Source of the DNA: an uncultured Candidatus Saccharibacteria bacterium
GTDB lineage: Bacteria; Patescibacteriota; Minisyncoccia; Phycocordibacterales; UBA9973
Length of the DNA stretch: 42,963 nt
Assembly: GCA_964468315.1 (NCBI GenBank)
Contig: CAYXTA010000005.1
Coordinates: 1 to 42,963 of the forward strand
Direction: 5' to 3'
Part shown: piece after piece, positions 17,033-27,576 of the stretch
Position numbering within the stretch: position 1 is the stretch's first letter
Layout: every line of letters begins with the position of its first letter
Translations under genes and position numbers: made by a program
Notes under the pieces: model-generated
Told to the model about the DNA's origin: nothing
What the model saw: only the letters and a program-made list of their open reading frames with translations
Database searches by the model: none

Positions 17033-17428
17033 CTACTTATTTAAAAAATAAATTGATAATTGTAATACTGTCGCAAAAGAAACCCAAATAAGATATGGGA
17101 TTTGCATATACGTTACAGAACGCATATATGGAAATATTGCTATCATCATCCAAATGATAGTACCGAGGACGAGTAAAATATCTATAGATGCGAGAGTATT
17201 ATTTTTCAAACCAAACATAAGAGGTGTATAAGCAAAATTAAAAATTAAATTCAAAATAAAAGGTAAAGCTACGATGAATGGAATATTTTTATCATAAACA
17301 CCCATGAAGACTTTACTAAAAGAAATAAAAATCAAAACATATAGAAAAGTCCAAACTGGACCAAATAAATAAGAAGGCGGAGCAAAACTCGGCTTTACCA
17401 ATGCTTGATATGATTCATATGTTTTCAT
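17033..17428 (-). CDS. tspO: TspO/MBR family protein
   Basis: KPSFAPP..LFGPVWT.LY, PYLIWV.FA..L. Start moved to 17428 because TATAAT lies 6 nt upstream. Confidence 0.9.
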   Translation of the reverse strand: MKTYESYQALVKPSFAPPSYLFGPVWTFLYVLIFISFSKVFMGVYDKNIPFIVALPFILNLIFNFAYTPLMFGLKNNTLASIDILLVLGTIIWMMIAIFPYMRSVTYMQIPYLIWVSFATVLQLSIYFLNK

Positions 17429-17473
17429 ATATACATTATACTCCTTTTTCAAAAAACAATTTGGTAATAAAAA

Positions 17474-17494
17474 AGCCCATCTGAAAGATGGGCT
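17474..17494 (-). terminator. Probable intrinsic terminator
   Basis: AGCCCATC-tgaaa-GATGGGCT, with a T-run on the minus strand. Confidence 0.65.
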
Positions 17495-17517
17495 AAATTT
17501 TAAAAAACTTTCTTTTA

Positions 17518-17832
17518 CTAAGCTACAAGTTTTACTTCTAATGAAAAGTAATGAACTATTGCTTTAGAAATTTCTGTTACGGAATCGTGTTTTCCTGCTT
17601 TTTTCATTTCATAACATTCTTCATTTCGTTTCTGGATTTGTATCTTTTCAAAAATACTATCCAATTGTTCTTCTGTAGGTATCATCAAGTATTTTCCACC
17701 TTCAATCTCAACGAAGGCTGATTCAAATAAACGATGATAAATCATAACTTTTTTTGATACACCAATCTTTTTTTTCAAAAGATTATAAGCTCGGGTCTTT
17801 GTATAGACCCCTTCGGAATTACTGTCTTGCAT
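17518..17832 (-). CDS. Hypothetical protein
   Basis: 104-aa ORF followed by a terminator; no recognised motif. Confidence 0.55.
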   Translation of the reverse strand: MQDSNSEGVYTKTRAYNLLKKKIGVSKKVMIYHRLFESAFVEIEGGKYLMIPTEEQLDSIFEKIQIQKRNEECYEMKKAGKHDSVTEISKAIVHYFSLEVKLVA

Positions 17833-17945
17833 AGTCTAAGGTTTTAAAATGTTTAACAAAATAACAAATGTCCCAAATATCATACCACCCAAGGATAAAA
17901 AATCAATAGGAAGATTACTTACCTAACAACTCCAAATGAGTAATT

Positions 17946-18596
17946 TTAAATTTTTACAAACCTATGAACTTCGCTTTTTGGTAAAACCTCAGCACGGAAA
18001 CAGCAACAAAATTCCCCAGAAGCTAATTTTTTTAGATTAATTTCATCAATACGAAGTGCTTCTGTTTTATCATTTTGATACATTAAAGTTTGATCATTTT
18101 TTAATTCTTCCAAAATTCTCTCATAAGAATGAATACCGTAAATAATAAGATCAGTATAAACTGAAAGCATACCGCCACTCTTTAATGAATTAATAGCTTC
18201 AGAAATCATTTTTTTTCTTTCAATATAAAAAGGGTCTTCTATGTTTTCTTTTTCTTTTATAGGTCTCTCTATTGTTTTACCTTCCTTTGTAATTTTAAAA
18301 ACATTACCATCACGATCCCAAGATTTATGGATTGGAGCAGAGATCGTATTACTTATAACAATCTCATCAAAGTTATTTAACGGCAGATACATTTCACTTG
18401 CATCACCAAAAGTAAAAGATAAATCTGCTGGGCAAGTGTTTCCTTTTTCTTGATATTTTTTTATTGAACTCTTTGCAAGCTCAATATTTTCTTCATCAAG
18501 ATCAATAGCTTGATAACTATCTTCAGTAGATAACGGAATATTGTAACGCATGAAATATGGCGTCCTTCCACCACCGATTTCCAAAATTTTTCTCAT
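17946..18596 (-). CDS. Class I SAM-dependent methyltransferase-like protein
   Basis: ILEIGGG, IDLD, GDAS, FDEIV. Confidence 0.7.
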   Translation of the reverse strand: MRKILEIGGGRTPYFMRYNIPLSTEDSYQAIDLDEENIELAKSSIKKYQEKGNTCPADLSFTFGDASEMYLPLNNFDEIVISNTISAPIHKSWDRDGNVFKITKEGKTIERPIKEKENIEDPFYIERKKMISEAINSLKSGGMLSVYTDLIIYGIHSYERILEELKNDQTLMYQNDKTEALRIDEINLKKLASGEFCCCFRAEVLPKSEVHRFVKI

Positions 18597-18617
18597 GCAA
18601 AAATTATATCATGAAAA

Positions 18618-19997
18618 TTATTTAGTATTTTTCTCTTTCCATTCTCCACCTAATGCGAGGATGAAATTTTTGTGCATTTTACTCAATTCTTTTTTAGAAA
18701 GTTCACAAAAAGTTTTCTCTGCTGTTTCAGATTCTTTCCTGAAAATTTTATCTTGTTCTAAAATAAATGGATGTACTTTGAGTGCTTGATGATTTATTCC
18801 TAAAAGATAAACTCCGGAAAGTCTTCGCACACGAGAAAGCGCTACATAGCCTTGCCCGTATTCAAATACACCAGATAAATCCATAACAGCTGCATCCATA
18901 CTCATACCCTGGCTTTTGTGTATAGTCACAGCCCAAGCGAGACGAAGAGGTATTTGTGTTATCTGTGCTTTTATTTTTCCATTTTCTTCTACAACCCAAT
19001 CCATAGGTGTGATCTGTATCGTCTTTCCATTACGAGTTCTGATAATAGGATTTCCAGTATATTCATCGAATTCTTCTACGACACCGAGAGTTCCATTTAC
19101 AAAATGTTCTTTTGGATTATTTTTTGTACACATAACGACAGCACCTCTTTTCAAAAGCAATGTCTCAGGAGAAAGACAACCTTTCTTGAGCATCGTAATA
19201 AGTGCTTCGTTACCTTCGCTATCCATAAGGAAAGGAATTTCTTCTTCATCTTCTATTTTCGAAAGCATTTCTTCATTCACTTTATCGACATTCAAATTGT
19301 GTGAATAAAGTTTTGTAGTATTTTCTGGAATTTCAGTTTTTTCAATAAATCTTTCTTTCATGTATTCATAATGTTCTTCTTCGACACTATCACTACGAAT
19401 AGCAGAAAGTAATTCAAGAAAAGCTTTATCGTCTTGGCGATGTTGTTCACTGATATAACAAACAACAGGTTTCAATCTTTTCCATGCATTTGATTCATAA
19501 GCAAAGTGCGCCTTTTTTTCTGCTATCAGTGCACTTTGCTTTTCGATAGTTTCTTTTTTAAAAATAGGCGGAAGCTGAAAAAAATCTCCGACAAGAATAA
19601 CTTGTATACCACCAAATGGTTCAGAGTTTTGTTTTATCTCTCTACAAACTGCGTCCACCATGTCGAGCGTGTCAGCACGAAGCATAGATATTTCATCGAT
19701 GATAAGTACATGTGTTTTTCTTACTCGACGACTGACGTATTCACTACTCGCTATTTTATCCAAATCATATGGAGTCAAAGTATCTTTAATACCGATAGCA
19801 CTCCAAGAATGTATCGTCATACCTCCTATGTGTGTAGCTGCAATTCCAGTACTCGCTGTTATGGCTGGCTCTATACCATTCTCACGAAGATATGAAACGA
19901 AACTATTTATAGTATATGTCTTTCCTGCGCCGGGTTCTCCAGTAAGGAAAACACTTGCGCCAGTCTTGAGTATTGAAAGTGCTTCATTTTGAGTCAT
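18618..19997 (-). CDS. PIF1-family (SF1B) DNA helicase
   Basis: GEPGAGKT, IIDEISML, GDFFQLPP, QIPLRLAWAVTIHKSQGMS, YVALSR. Confidence 0.93.
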   Translation of the reverse strand: MTQNEALSILKTGASVFLTGEPGAGKTYTINSFVSYLRENGIEPAITASTGIAATHIGGMTIHSWSAIGIKDTLTPYDLDKIASSEYVSRRVRKTHVLIIDEISMLRADTLDMVDAVCREIKQNSEPFGGIQVILVGDFFQLPPIFKKETIEKQSALIAEKKAHFAYESNAWKRLKPVVCYISEQHRQDDKAFLELLSAIRSDSVEEEHYEYMKERFIEKTEIPENTTKLYSHNLNVDKVNEEMLSKIEDEEEIPFLMDSEGNEALITMLKKGCLSPETLLLKRGAVVMCTKNNPKEHFVNGTLGVVEEFDEYTGNPIIRTRNGKTIQITPMDWVVEENGKIKAQITQIPLRLAWAVTIHKSQGMSMDAAVMDLSGVFEYGQGYVALSRVRRLSGVYLLGINHQALKVHPFILEQDKIFRKESETAEKTFCELSKKELSKMHKNFILALGGEWKEKNTK

Positions 19998-20054
19998 TGG
20001 CCTAATTATAACAGACTAGTTGTTTTTTTATCTATAATATGCAATAATAGAACC

Positions 20055-20297
20055 ATGCAGACAATTACTAAATTTCTTCCATACATGCAAATAGTGGCTT
20101 CAGTTATACTTATAACAGCAATTCTTCTCCAGCAGTCAGCTTCTGGAATGGGTGGTGCGCTAGGTGGTGGTGATGGTGGTTCATTTCACCACACTCGCAG
20201 GGGTTTTGAAAAATTCCTCTTTATTCTTTCAATTGTGTTAGGTGTTTTGCTTGTGGCATTAGCTCTTTTTGCTATAATTATAAAAGCAAAGATATAA
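20055..20297 (+). CDS. secG: Preprotein translocase subunit SecG
   Basis: ILLQQ...GG.LGG...TRRGFEK with two TMs. Start moved to the ATG at 20055. Confidence 0.9.
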   Translation: MQTITKFLPYMQIVASVILITAILLQQSASGMGGALGGGDGGSFHHTRRGFEKFLFILSIVLGVLLVALALFAIIIKAKI

Positions 20298-20319
20298 GCT
20301 TAAGCTAATCTATTTCATT

Positions 20320-22080
20320 ATGGAAAATTTCTTTAATCGAATAAAGCGTTTGTTGCCGTCCAAAAGTGAAATGCGGACCGCTCTTTCCTCTTTTTCTACA
20401 AAAGAAAGAAGAGTTTTAGTATTACTTTTTTGTGTTTTATTTGTAACGACACTCACTATAGTACAAAACATAAACAAAAGTTTTATGGTAACAGTACCAC
20501 TTCGTGGTGGAAGTCTTAATGAAGGTATTGTCGGCACACCAAGATTCATAAATCCAGTACTCGCACTATCAGATGCAGACAAGGACCTGACTTCTCTCGT
20601 GTATTCTGGTCTAACAAGAAAATACCAAAGTGGACAATTTATTCCTGATCTAGCAGAAAGTTATACTGTATCTAAAGATGGTCTTTCATACACTTTTGTA
20701 CTTAAAGATAAAATATATTTTCATGATGGAACACCAGTCACAGCAGATGACATAATATTTACAATAAATGAAATAAAAGATCCTCTTACAAAAAGTCCTC
20801 GCAAGAGTAACTGGGATGGTATAACCGTACAAAAAATAGATGAGAAGACTATCGAATTTAATTTGAAACAACCTTATGAATCTTTCTTGGAAAATGCAAC
20901 AGTAGGAATATTACCGGCAAGTATTTGGAAAGGTACACCGATAGAATTAAATGATGCAAATACAAATCCAATAGGTTCTGGTCCTTACAAAGTGACAGGC
21001 GTTAGTAAACAATCTTCTGGTATTATCGATTATTACACTCTAAAAGAATTCAACAAATTTGTCTTAGGTACACCATACATAAAAAATCTAACATTGAAAT
21101 TTTATCCAAATGAGAACGATCTCATCTCTGCTTTAAAAAATGGTAATGTGGATCAAGTAAGTGGTTTGACTCCAGAAAATGCAGAAAAATTAAAAAATAT
21201 CGGATACAATATACAATCTTCTGTATTGCCTCGTGTATTCGGTCTTTTCTTTAATCAAAACCAAGCACAAATCTTCACAGACAAAAAGATAATAGAAGCT
21301 ATGAATCAAGCTATCGATAAAGATAGAATAGTAAATGAAGTTTTGAAAAATTATGGTGTTACAATCAATGACCCAATACCACCAAACATGCTCGCATATC
21401 AAAAATTAAACAACGATACAAATACATCAAGAGAAGAAAATGTTAAAAAAGCTATAGCTATTTTAACTAAAGATGGTTGGGTCAAAGGCGAAGATGGATA
21501 TTTACACAAAACAACAACGACAAAAAAGAATAAAAAAACAACAAAATCTACTTCTGATTTAGCTTTCGTTATATCTACTGGTAACGCTCCAGAACTTTCA
21601 AAAACTGCAAATATAATAAAAGAAAATCTTACAGAAATAGGAATGAAAGTAGAAATACAAACATTTGAAATCGGTAACTTAAACCAAAGTGTAATACGCC
21701 CAAGAAAATACGATGCATTACTCTTTGGACAAATAATCAATCATGAATCTGACCTTTTTGCATTCTGGCATTCTTCACAAAGACTCGATCCAGGTCTCAA
21801 TGTAGCAATGTATACAAATGCTAAAGTAGATAAAATTTTAGAAGACGCGCTCGTCACCGTCGATGAAAAAAATAGAGTAAAAAAATACGCTTCATTTGAA
21901 GATGAAATCAATCGTGATATGCCAGCTGTATTTTTATATAGCCCAAGCTTTATATATATAGTATCTAAAAGTTTAGATGGACTTAATATAGATCACATCA
22001 CTACACCAGAAGATCGTTTCTTAAACATCTATGAATGGTCAGTAGAAAAAGATGGTGTATGGAAAATATTCTCTAAATAA
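20320..22080 (+). CDS. ABC-type peptide-binding protein (SBP family 5) with N-terminal anchor
   Basis: PRFINP, LVYSGL, PDLAE, FHDGTP.TADD, PIGSGPY. Confidence 0.88.
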   Translation: MENFFNRIKRLLPSKSEMRTALSSFSTKERRVLVLLFCVLFVTTLTIVQNINKSFMVTVPLRGGSLNEGIVGTPRFINPVLALSDADKDLTSLVYSGLTRKYQSGQFIPDLAESYTVSKDGLSYTFVLKDKIYFHDGTPVTADDIIFTINEIKDPLTKSPRKSNWDGITVQKIDEKTIEFNLKQPYESFLENATVGILPASIWKGTPIELNDANTNPIGSGPYKVTGVSKQSSGIIDYYTLKEFNKFVLGTPYIKNLTLKFYPNENDLISALKNGNVDQVSGLTPENAEKLKNIGYNIQSSVLPRVFGLFFNQNQAQIFTDKKIIEAMNQAIDKDRIVNEVLKNYGVTINDPIPPNMLAYQKLNNDTNTSREENVKKAIAILTKDGWVKGEDGYLHKTTTTKKNKKTTKSTSDLAFVISTGNAPELSKTANIIKENLTEIGMKVEIQTFEIGNLNQSVIRPRKYDALLFGQIINHESDLFAFWHSSQRLDPGLNVAMYTNAKVDKILEDALVTVDEKNRVKKYASFEDEINRDMPAVFLYSPSFIYIVSKSLDGLNIDHITTPEDRFLNIYEWSVEKDGVWKIFSK

Positions 22081-22114
22081 AATTATTAAATAAAAATTAA
22101 AAAGAAAAAACAAA

Positions 22115-24091
22115 ATGATAAGAAAAAAAACAAGACTGTCTTTCAGTGATATAAGTATTGAAGGAAAAAAAGAAGAAAGTCAAAAAATAAACCAAGAAAA
22201 GACAAATACTCATAGTTCCCATCCACATGCTCACCCACACACAGGTGGCCACCAACAAAAAAAACACCCTCAAGAGAAAAGAAGTCCCAAGAGTTCAACT
22301 TTCCAATATTCAAAATTTGGCAAAGGCCGTGGACGTTCACAAGTAGGATCAAATACAAATTCAAAACCATTTGTATCAAAAAATAGTGTAAGCAAAATTC
22401 CAGAACTTCCAGCAGGAAATATCCGTATAATACCACTCGGAGGTGTAGAAGAAATCGGAAAAAACATGACAGCGATAGAAATCGGCAACGACATCATCGT
22501 TATAGATGCTGGTATGCACTTCTCTACAGAAGACACACCAGGAGTAGACTATGTTATACCAAACACTACATACCTAGAAGAACATAAAGACAAAATCCGT
22601 GCGCTTTTTATAACACATGGACACTTAGACCACATAGGTGGAGTACCGATAGTACTTTCACGTATTGGTAATCCTCCTGTATACTCTCGTAATCTTTCAA
22701 TTCTTATGATGCGTAAACGTGCATCAGAATTCCCTCACCTACCAGAAATGAAAACAGTTACGGTAGAAAGAGATGAAGTTGTAACAGTTGGAAACATGCG
22801 TGTTAGATTCTTCGGGGTTACTCACACTATTCCAGATTCAATGGGTATAATAATTGAAACTCCACACGGATGGATCGTAAACCCAGGCGACTACAAGCTT
22901 GATCAAATCGACGGTATTGTCTCAGACGAAGAAGAAAAAGAATATGAGATTTTCGATAAAGCAAAAGTATTGTTACTTATGACAGACTCTACAAATATCG
23001 AAAACGAAGGTTTTGCTCTTCCGGAAATAAAAGTTCATCAAGGTTTAGAAAATCTTTTGAAAAAAATTTCTGGACGTATCATCATCGCAGCTTTCGCTTC
23101 ACACATAAGTCGTTTAATAAAAGTAATACAAATAGCTGAAGGATTGGGAAAGAAAATAGTTCTCAATGGACGCTCAATGAAAGCAAACATGGAAGTTTCT
23201 TTTGAAGCAGGACTTTATACTCCTAAAAAAGGAACTATTATAACAATGGAAGAAGTAGATAACTACCCTCCTGGAAAAGTTGTTATCTTAACAACAGGCG
23301 GACAAGGTGAAGAATTCTCTGGCCTTAATCGTGCTGCAAATAAAACAGACAAAAAATTCTCAATAAAACCCGGTGATACTATCATCCTTTCTGCATCCAT
23401 CGTCCCAGGTAATGAACGCCAAGTACAAAAAATGAAAGACGGTCTTTCAAGACAAGGAGTGAAGATAATCAGTTACCGTACAACAGGTGAAGATTTCGTT
23501 CACGCTACAGGACACGGAAACAAAGAAGATATAAAATGGCTCCACAATAAAGTTCATCCAAAATTCTTTATACCAATTCATGGACACCACTATCACCTAG
23601 AACTTCACAAGCTCCTTGCAATGGAACTCGGTATGGCAGAAGATCGTATTGTCGTTCCTGATAACGGATCTATCATAGAAATATCTGCTGACGGAGAAAA
23701 AATAAATGTAAGAAAAGAAAAAGCTCCAAGTGCACCAATGATGGTGGACGGTATGTCAGTCGGAGATTCACAAGATGTCGTTATCAGAGACCGCCAAATG
23801 CTCGCACAAGATGGTATGTTCGTTATCATCGCTGTAGTAGATGCACAAACTGGTAAATTGAAAAAATCCCCTGATCTTATATCTCGTGGATTCGTATACT
23901 TAAAAGAAAATCAAGAATTACTTCGTGCTTGTCGTATCATAATAAAGAAATCAATCGAAGATTCTACAGCTCGCGGACCTGTATCTGATTTTGATAATAT
24001 AAAAAACAATCTCGGTGAACAAGTTTCAAAATTCTTATTCCAAAAAACAGCGAAGCGTCCTCTTGTAATACCTGTCATATTGAGCGTATAA
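22115..24091 (+). CDS. rnj: Ribonuclease J
   Basis: PLGGVEEIGKNM, THGHLDHIG, HTIPDS, HATGH, KRPLVIP. Confidence 0.95.
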   Translation: MIRKKTRLSFSDISIEGKKEESQKINQEKTNTHSSHPHAHPHTGGHQQKKHPQEKRSPKSSTFQYSKFGKGRGRSQVGSNTNSKPFVSKNSVSKIPELPAGNIRIIPLGGVEEIGKNMTAIEIGNDIIVIDAGMHFSTEDTPGVDYVIPNTTYLEEHKDKIRALFITHGHLDHIGGVPIVLSRIGNPPVYSRNLSILMMRKRASEFPHLPEMKTVTVERDEVVTVGNMRVRFFGVTHTIPDSMGIIIETPHGWIVNPGDYKLDQIDGIVSDEEEKEYEIFDKAKVLLLMTDSTNIENEGFALPEIKVHQGLENLLKKISGRIIIAAFASHISRLIKVIQIAEGLGKKIVLNGRSMKANMEVSFEAGLYTPKKGTIITMEEVDNYPPGKVVILTTGGQGEEFSGLNRAANKTDKKFSIKPGDTIILSASIVPGNERQVQKMKDGLSRQGVKIISYRTTGEDFVHATGHGNKEDIKWLHNKVHPKFFIPIHGHHYHLELHKLLAMELGMAEDRIVVPDNGSIIEISADGEKINVRKEKAPSAPMMVDGMSVGDSQDVVIRDRQMLAQDGMFVIIAVVDAQTGKLKKSPDLISRGFVYLKENQELLRACRIIIKKSIEDSTARGPVSDFDNIKNNLGEQVSKFLFQKTAKRPLVIPVILSV

Positions 24092-24096
24092 TTCTA

Positions 24097-25248
24097 TTGA
24101 TGAAAAATAATAGGAAAGTTTTATACATAGCTGGATTTTTATTCTCAATAAATATCGCTCTTACTTCTTATATCAGTTCTAGTTTTTTAGATGTTTTTGT
24201 AAATGAAAAATATTTAGGAATAATATACGCAGTATCTGCAATACTAACTATTTGGGGTCTTTTTGAGATGCCAAAAATGATGTCTAAATATGGCAATACT
24301 CAAACTTCAATCTTTTCTAGTATTTTATCTTTTATTTCTCTTATTGTTTTAGCTTTTGGAAATAATGCTTACTTAGTAATTCCCGCATTTATATTTTATT
24401 TCATAACAAGTAATTTTCTTATTATGAATTTTGATATATTTATAGAAGAATTATCTCCATCAAAACATATAGGTAAATCAAGGGGGATATACCTTTTAGT
24501 GATAAATGGGGCTTGGGTTTTAGCACAATTAGTTTCTGGTTCTATTATCGCAAAAAGTTCTTATCAAGGAATATTTCTTTTTTCTGCATCTCTCATAATA
24601 CTTACAACAGGAATGTTTATATTATTTTTCCAAAAGTTTAAAGATCCAATATATAAAAAAATATCTATATTGAAAAATCTTCGTTTTTTCATAAAACAAA
24701 AAAATATTTTTAGAATTTATATGTTAAATTTTTTATTGAAATTCTTTTTTGCTTGGATGGTAATATATACACCAATATATTTACACGAATACATACTTTT
24801 CTCTTGGGATAAAATTGGTATCATCTTCACCGTAATGCTTTTACCTTTCGTAATACTCGACTACCCTATGGGAAAATTATCTGACAAAATAGGTGAGAAA
24901 AAAATGCTTATTTTGTCTTTCACACTTACTGCGATATTTGTACTCATGATTCCTTTAATAAAAAATAATTCACTATTTGTATGGGCGGGCATACTTTTCT
25001 TCACTCGTGTCGGAGCCGCTATTATAGAAATAATGTCTGAGAGTTATTTTTTCAAAGCAGTAAATGTAGACAATTCTGAAGCAATTAGTTTTTTTAGAAA
25101 TACCGGACCTATGTCATATCTTATAGCGCCAATAATCGCTACGATAATACTAGCAACAACTCCATCTTTTAAATATATATTTTATATACTAACCCCAATA
25201 ATGCTTCTAGGAACTCTCATAAGTTTGAGGCTCAAAGACATAAAATAA
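24097..25248 (+). CDS. MFS transporter
   Basis: About 12 TMs, GKLSDKIGEKK loop motif. Confidence 0.85.
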   Translation: MMKNNRKVLYIAGFLFSINIALTSYISSSFLDVFVNEKYLGIIYAVSAILTIWGLFEMPKMMSKYGNTQTSIFSSILSFISLIVLAFGNNAYLVIPAFIFYFITSNFLIMNFDIFIEELSPSKHIGKSRGIYLLVINGAWVLAQLVSGSIIAKSSYQGIFLFSASLIILTTGMFILFFQKFKDPIYKKISILKNLRFFIKQKNIFRIYMLNFLLKFFFAWMVIYTPIYLHEYILFSWDKIGIIFTVMLLPFVILDYPMGKLSDKIGEKKMLILSFTLTAIFVLMIPLIKNNSLFVWAGILFFTRVGAAIIEIMSESYFFKAVNVDNSEAISFFRNTGPMSYLIAPIIATIILATTPSFKYIFYILTPIMLLGTLISLRLKDIK

Positions 25249-25273
25249 AAACCCTCTTTCGAGGGGTTTTTAT
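25245..25273. terminator. Bidirectional terminator between convergent genes
   Basis: ATAAAAACCCTC-tttc-GAGGGGTTTTTAT (one bulge). Confidence 0.7.
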
Positions 25274-25281
25274 AGTTTTAA

Positions 25282-25653
25282 TTAAAGTGAACTTACTAAG
25301 TAAAACAACATAAGTAGTGCACCGATCAAAGCAACATTTTTATAGAAATTTACATTTTCACCCATTCTTTGCATGGGATCAACAATTTTCCAATATTTAT
25401 GCATCATTATTGTTGTAGGAACTAAGAATACCACAAGCATAAGAGTAGCGAGCTGTGTATATGGACCAAAAATAAGCCCTAAACCACCGAATAGCATCAT
25501 AAGACCTGTAACAAATACAGCTAATTTTGGTGCTGGTACGCCTTTAGATTGAGCATATCCTGTAAGCATACCCAAATTCTTTATGTGATTATAACCACTT
25601 CTCATAAAATAACCTCCAAACAAAATCTTACCTAAGATGAAAATGTATACCAT
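25282..25653 (-). CDS. DoxX family membrane protein
   Basis: GKILFGGYF..SG.NH, H.YW, NFYKNVALIGALL. Confidence 0.85.
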   Translation of the reverse strand: MVYIFILGKILFGGYFMRSGYNHIKNLGMLTGYAQSKGVPAPKLAVFVTGLMMLFGGLGLIFGPYTQLATLMLVVFLVPTTIMMHKYWKIVDPMQRMGENVNFYKNVALIGALLMLFYLVSSL

Positions 25654-25718
25654 ATTTTTATTTATTAATTAGAATAATACTCATATTATAATCTTTTATA
25701 GGTACACAATGCAAACAA

Positions 25719-25748
25719 TAAAAAATGCCCATTTTAGGGCATTTTTTA
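25719..25748 (-). terminator. Intrinsic terminator
   Basis: TAAAAAATGCCC-atttta-GGGCATTTTTTA 12-bp stem. Confidence 0.8.
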
Positions 25749-25750
25749 GA

Positions 25751-25813
25751 TTACTTTTTCTTTTCTTTTTTAGGTTTTTTTACTTCCTTTTTGTGAGACA
25801 TTCCTTTTGCCAT
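25751..25813 (-). CDS. 20-aa Lys-rich micropeptide (absent from the ORF track)
   Basis: MAKGMSHKKEVKKPKKEKKK; terminator 2 nt downstream; TG-a-TATAAT upstream near 25856-25864. Confidence 0.55.
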   Translation of the reverse strand: MAKGMSHKKEVKKPKKEKKK

Positions 25814-25876
25814 ATATTTTAAAAAAATTAAATTTATAATTTACTTACAAATAAATTATATCACAAGTAATAAAAA

Positions 25877-26278
25877 TTATTCTAATTTTGTAGTACAAAA
25901 AGCGCAACGTGTTGCTTGTATTGGAATTTCACTTAAACATTCAATGCATTTTTTACTAGTTGGATCAACAGGAGCTTCTTTTTTACTTCTTGAAATTAAC
26001 ATATTTATAGGTACAACAACAAAAAAGTACACAGCTACAGCAATGATAATAAAAGAAATAAGTGCATTTAAAAATTCACCGTACATAAATTTACTTTCGT
26101 TTATAGTAAAATACAAATTTGAAAAATCAGGTGATTTTGCTATAGCTCCGATAAGTGGAGTAAGTAAATCTTTAACCATTGCACTAACAACAGCACCGAA
26201 AGCAGAACCGATAACGACACCCACAGACAGATCAACTACATTCCCTCTTAAAATAAATTGTTTGAATCCTTTTAACAT
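25877..26278 (-). CDS. mscL: Large-conductance mechanosensitive channel
   Basis: FKQFILRGNVVDLSVGVVIGSAF, YGEFLNALI; C-terminal CxxC..CxxC tail. Confidence 0.95.
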   Translation of the reverse strand: MLKGFKQFILRGNVVDLSVGVVIGSAFGAVVSAMVKDLLTPLIGAIAKSPDFSNLYFTINESKFMYGEFLNALISFIIIAVAVYFFVVVPINMLISRSKKEAPVDPTSKKCIECLSEIPIQATRCAFCTTKLE

Positions 26279-26328
26279 ATTTTTTAATTAAAATAATTAT
26301 AATAATAATTCATTATATCACAATCTGT

Positions 26329-27576
26329 TTATATATCTATTCCTGCTACATATCCTGTAGTCCAACAAAGTTGTAAGGAATATCCACCTGAAGGTCTGTT
26401 TATATGAAGTAAATCCCCTGTTATATATAAGTTTTCATATTTTAGCGACTTCATTGTACGAGTATCTATCTCTTTCAGAGATACACCACCGTCAGCAACT
26501 ACAGCTCTGTCAAAACCCATAAGCCCTACGATAGTGACAGGTAGAGCTTTTAATAAATCTACAATACTTTTGCGTTCTTGTTTCGTAATACTATGAACTT
26601 TTGTATCAAAATTTATATTTGGCAATAATTTCATAATACCCAAAGAAGTACCATGAGGAACTATATCTTTAAAAACAGTTCTTAGAATTTTATTTTTATT
26701 TGCATCAAAAATTTTTATAATATTTTTTTCAAGAGCACCATGGTCTGTATCTGGGTATGCATCTATAAATGCTGTGACTAATCCTTCATGAAGCAATTTA
26801 CTTACTTTACCAGCACTGTTTAATATGAGTGGTCCTGAAAGTCCAAAATGTGTAAACAATATTTTACCTATTTCTTTAAAAGATTTTTTGCCATCAACAT
26901 AAAAAGTTATTTTCATAAAAGAAAGAGACGTACCTGAAAGCATTTTTATCCATTCATCTTCAACTTCCAAAGGTACTATGGTCGGAGTTGGGTTTTGAAC
27001 TTTATGACCCAAATCAGTAAGCCACTTGAAACCATCTCCAGTAGAACCAGTTTCTGGATGAGAAAGTCCTCCTGTGGCTAGGATATATGATTTCGCAGTA
27101 AAGACTCCTTCTTTTGTGTCAACACCTGTGACTATTCCATTTTGAGTCAGAATTTTTTTGACGCCACAACTTGTTTTTATTTTCACACCACTTTTTACAA
27201 GTGAATTATATAAAACATTATATACGTCTATGGCTTTTTCTGTTTTAGGAAAAACCCTATTGCGAGCCTGTGTAACCAAAGGCAAACCTCTTGATTCAAA
27301 AAACTCAAAAGTGTCTTTAGCGCTAAATTTTGAAAAAGCAGAACTTAAAAACTTACCATCATCTCCGTAAATTTTCAAAAATTCTTTTATATTAAACTGT
27401 GCATTTGTGATATTACATCTTCCTCCACCAGTTATTTTCAATTTTTCTCCGAGGTTTTTATTCTTTTCTATTATAAGTACTCTTTTACCATTTTTCGCAG
27501 CAACACAAGCAGACATAAGGCCAGAAGCCCCACCACCAATAACGATAACATCAAAAACCTCAGTATTTAATCTCAT
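26329..27576 (-). CDS. HI0933/YhiN (BaiN) family flavoprotein
   Basis: GGGASG, GEKLKITGGGRCNITN, ATGG.S.P.TGSTGDG, GGY.LQ. Confidence 0.92.
   Translation of the reverse strand: MRLNTEVFDVIVIGGGASGLMSACVAAKNGKRVLIIEKNKNLGEKLKITGGGRCNITNAQFNIKEFLKIYGDDGKFLSSAFSKFSAKDTFEFFESRGLPLVTQARNRVFPKTEKAIDVYNVLYNSLVKSGVKIKTSCGVKKILTQNGIVTGVDTKEGVFTAKSYILATGGLSHPETGSTGDGFKWLTDLGHKVQNPTPTIVPLEVEDEWIKMLSGTSLSFMKITFYVDGKKSFKEIGKILFTHFGLSGPLILNSAGKVSKLLHEGLVTAFIDAYPDTDHGALEKNIIKIFDANKNKILRTVFKDIVPHGTSLGIMKLLPNINFDTKVHSITKQERKSIVDLLKALPVTIVGLMGFDRAVVADGGVSLKEIDTRTMKSLKYENLYITGDLLHINRPSGGYSLQLCWTTGYVAGIDI

Noticed and set aside
19989-20054. Extended secG start
   Set aside because: Overlaps the divergent PIF1 start and promoter; the SecG-like sequence begins at 20055.
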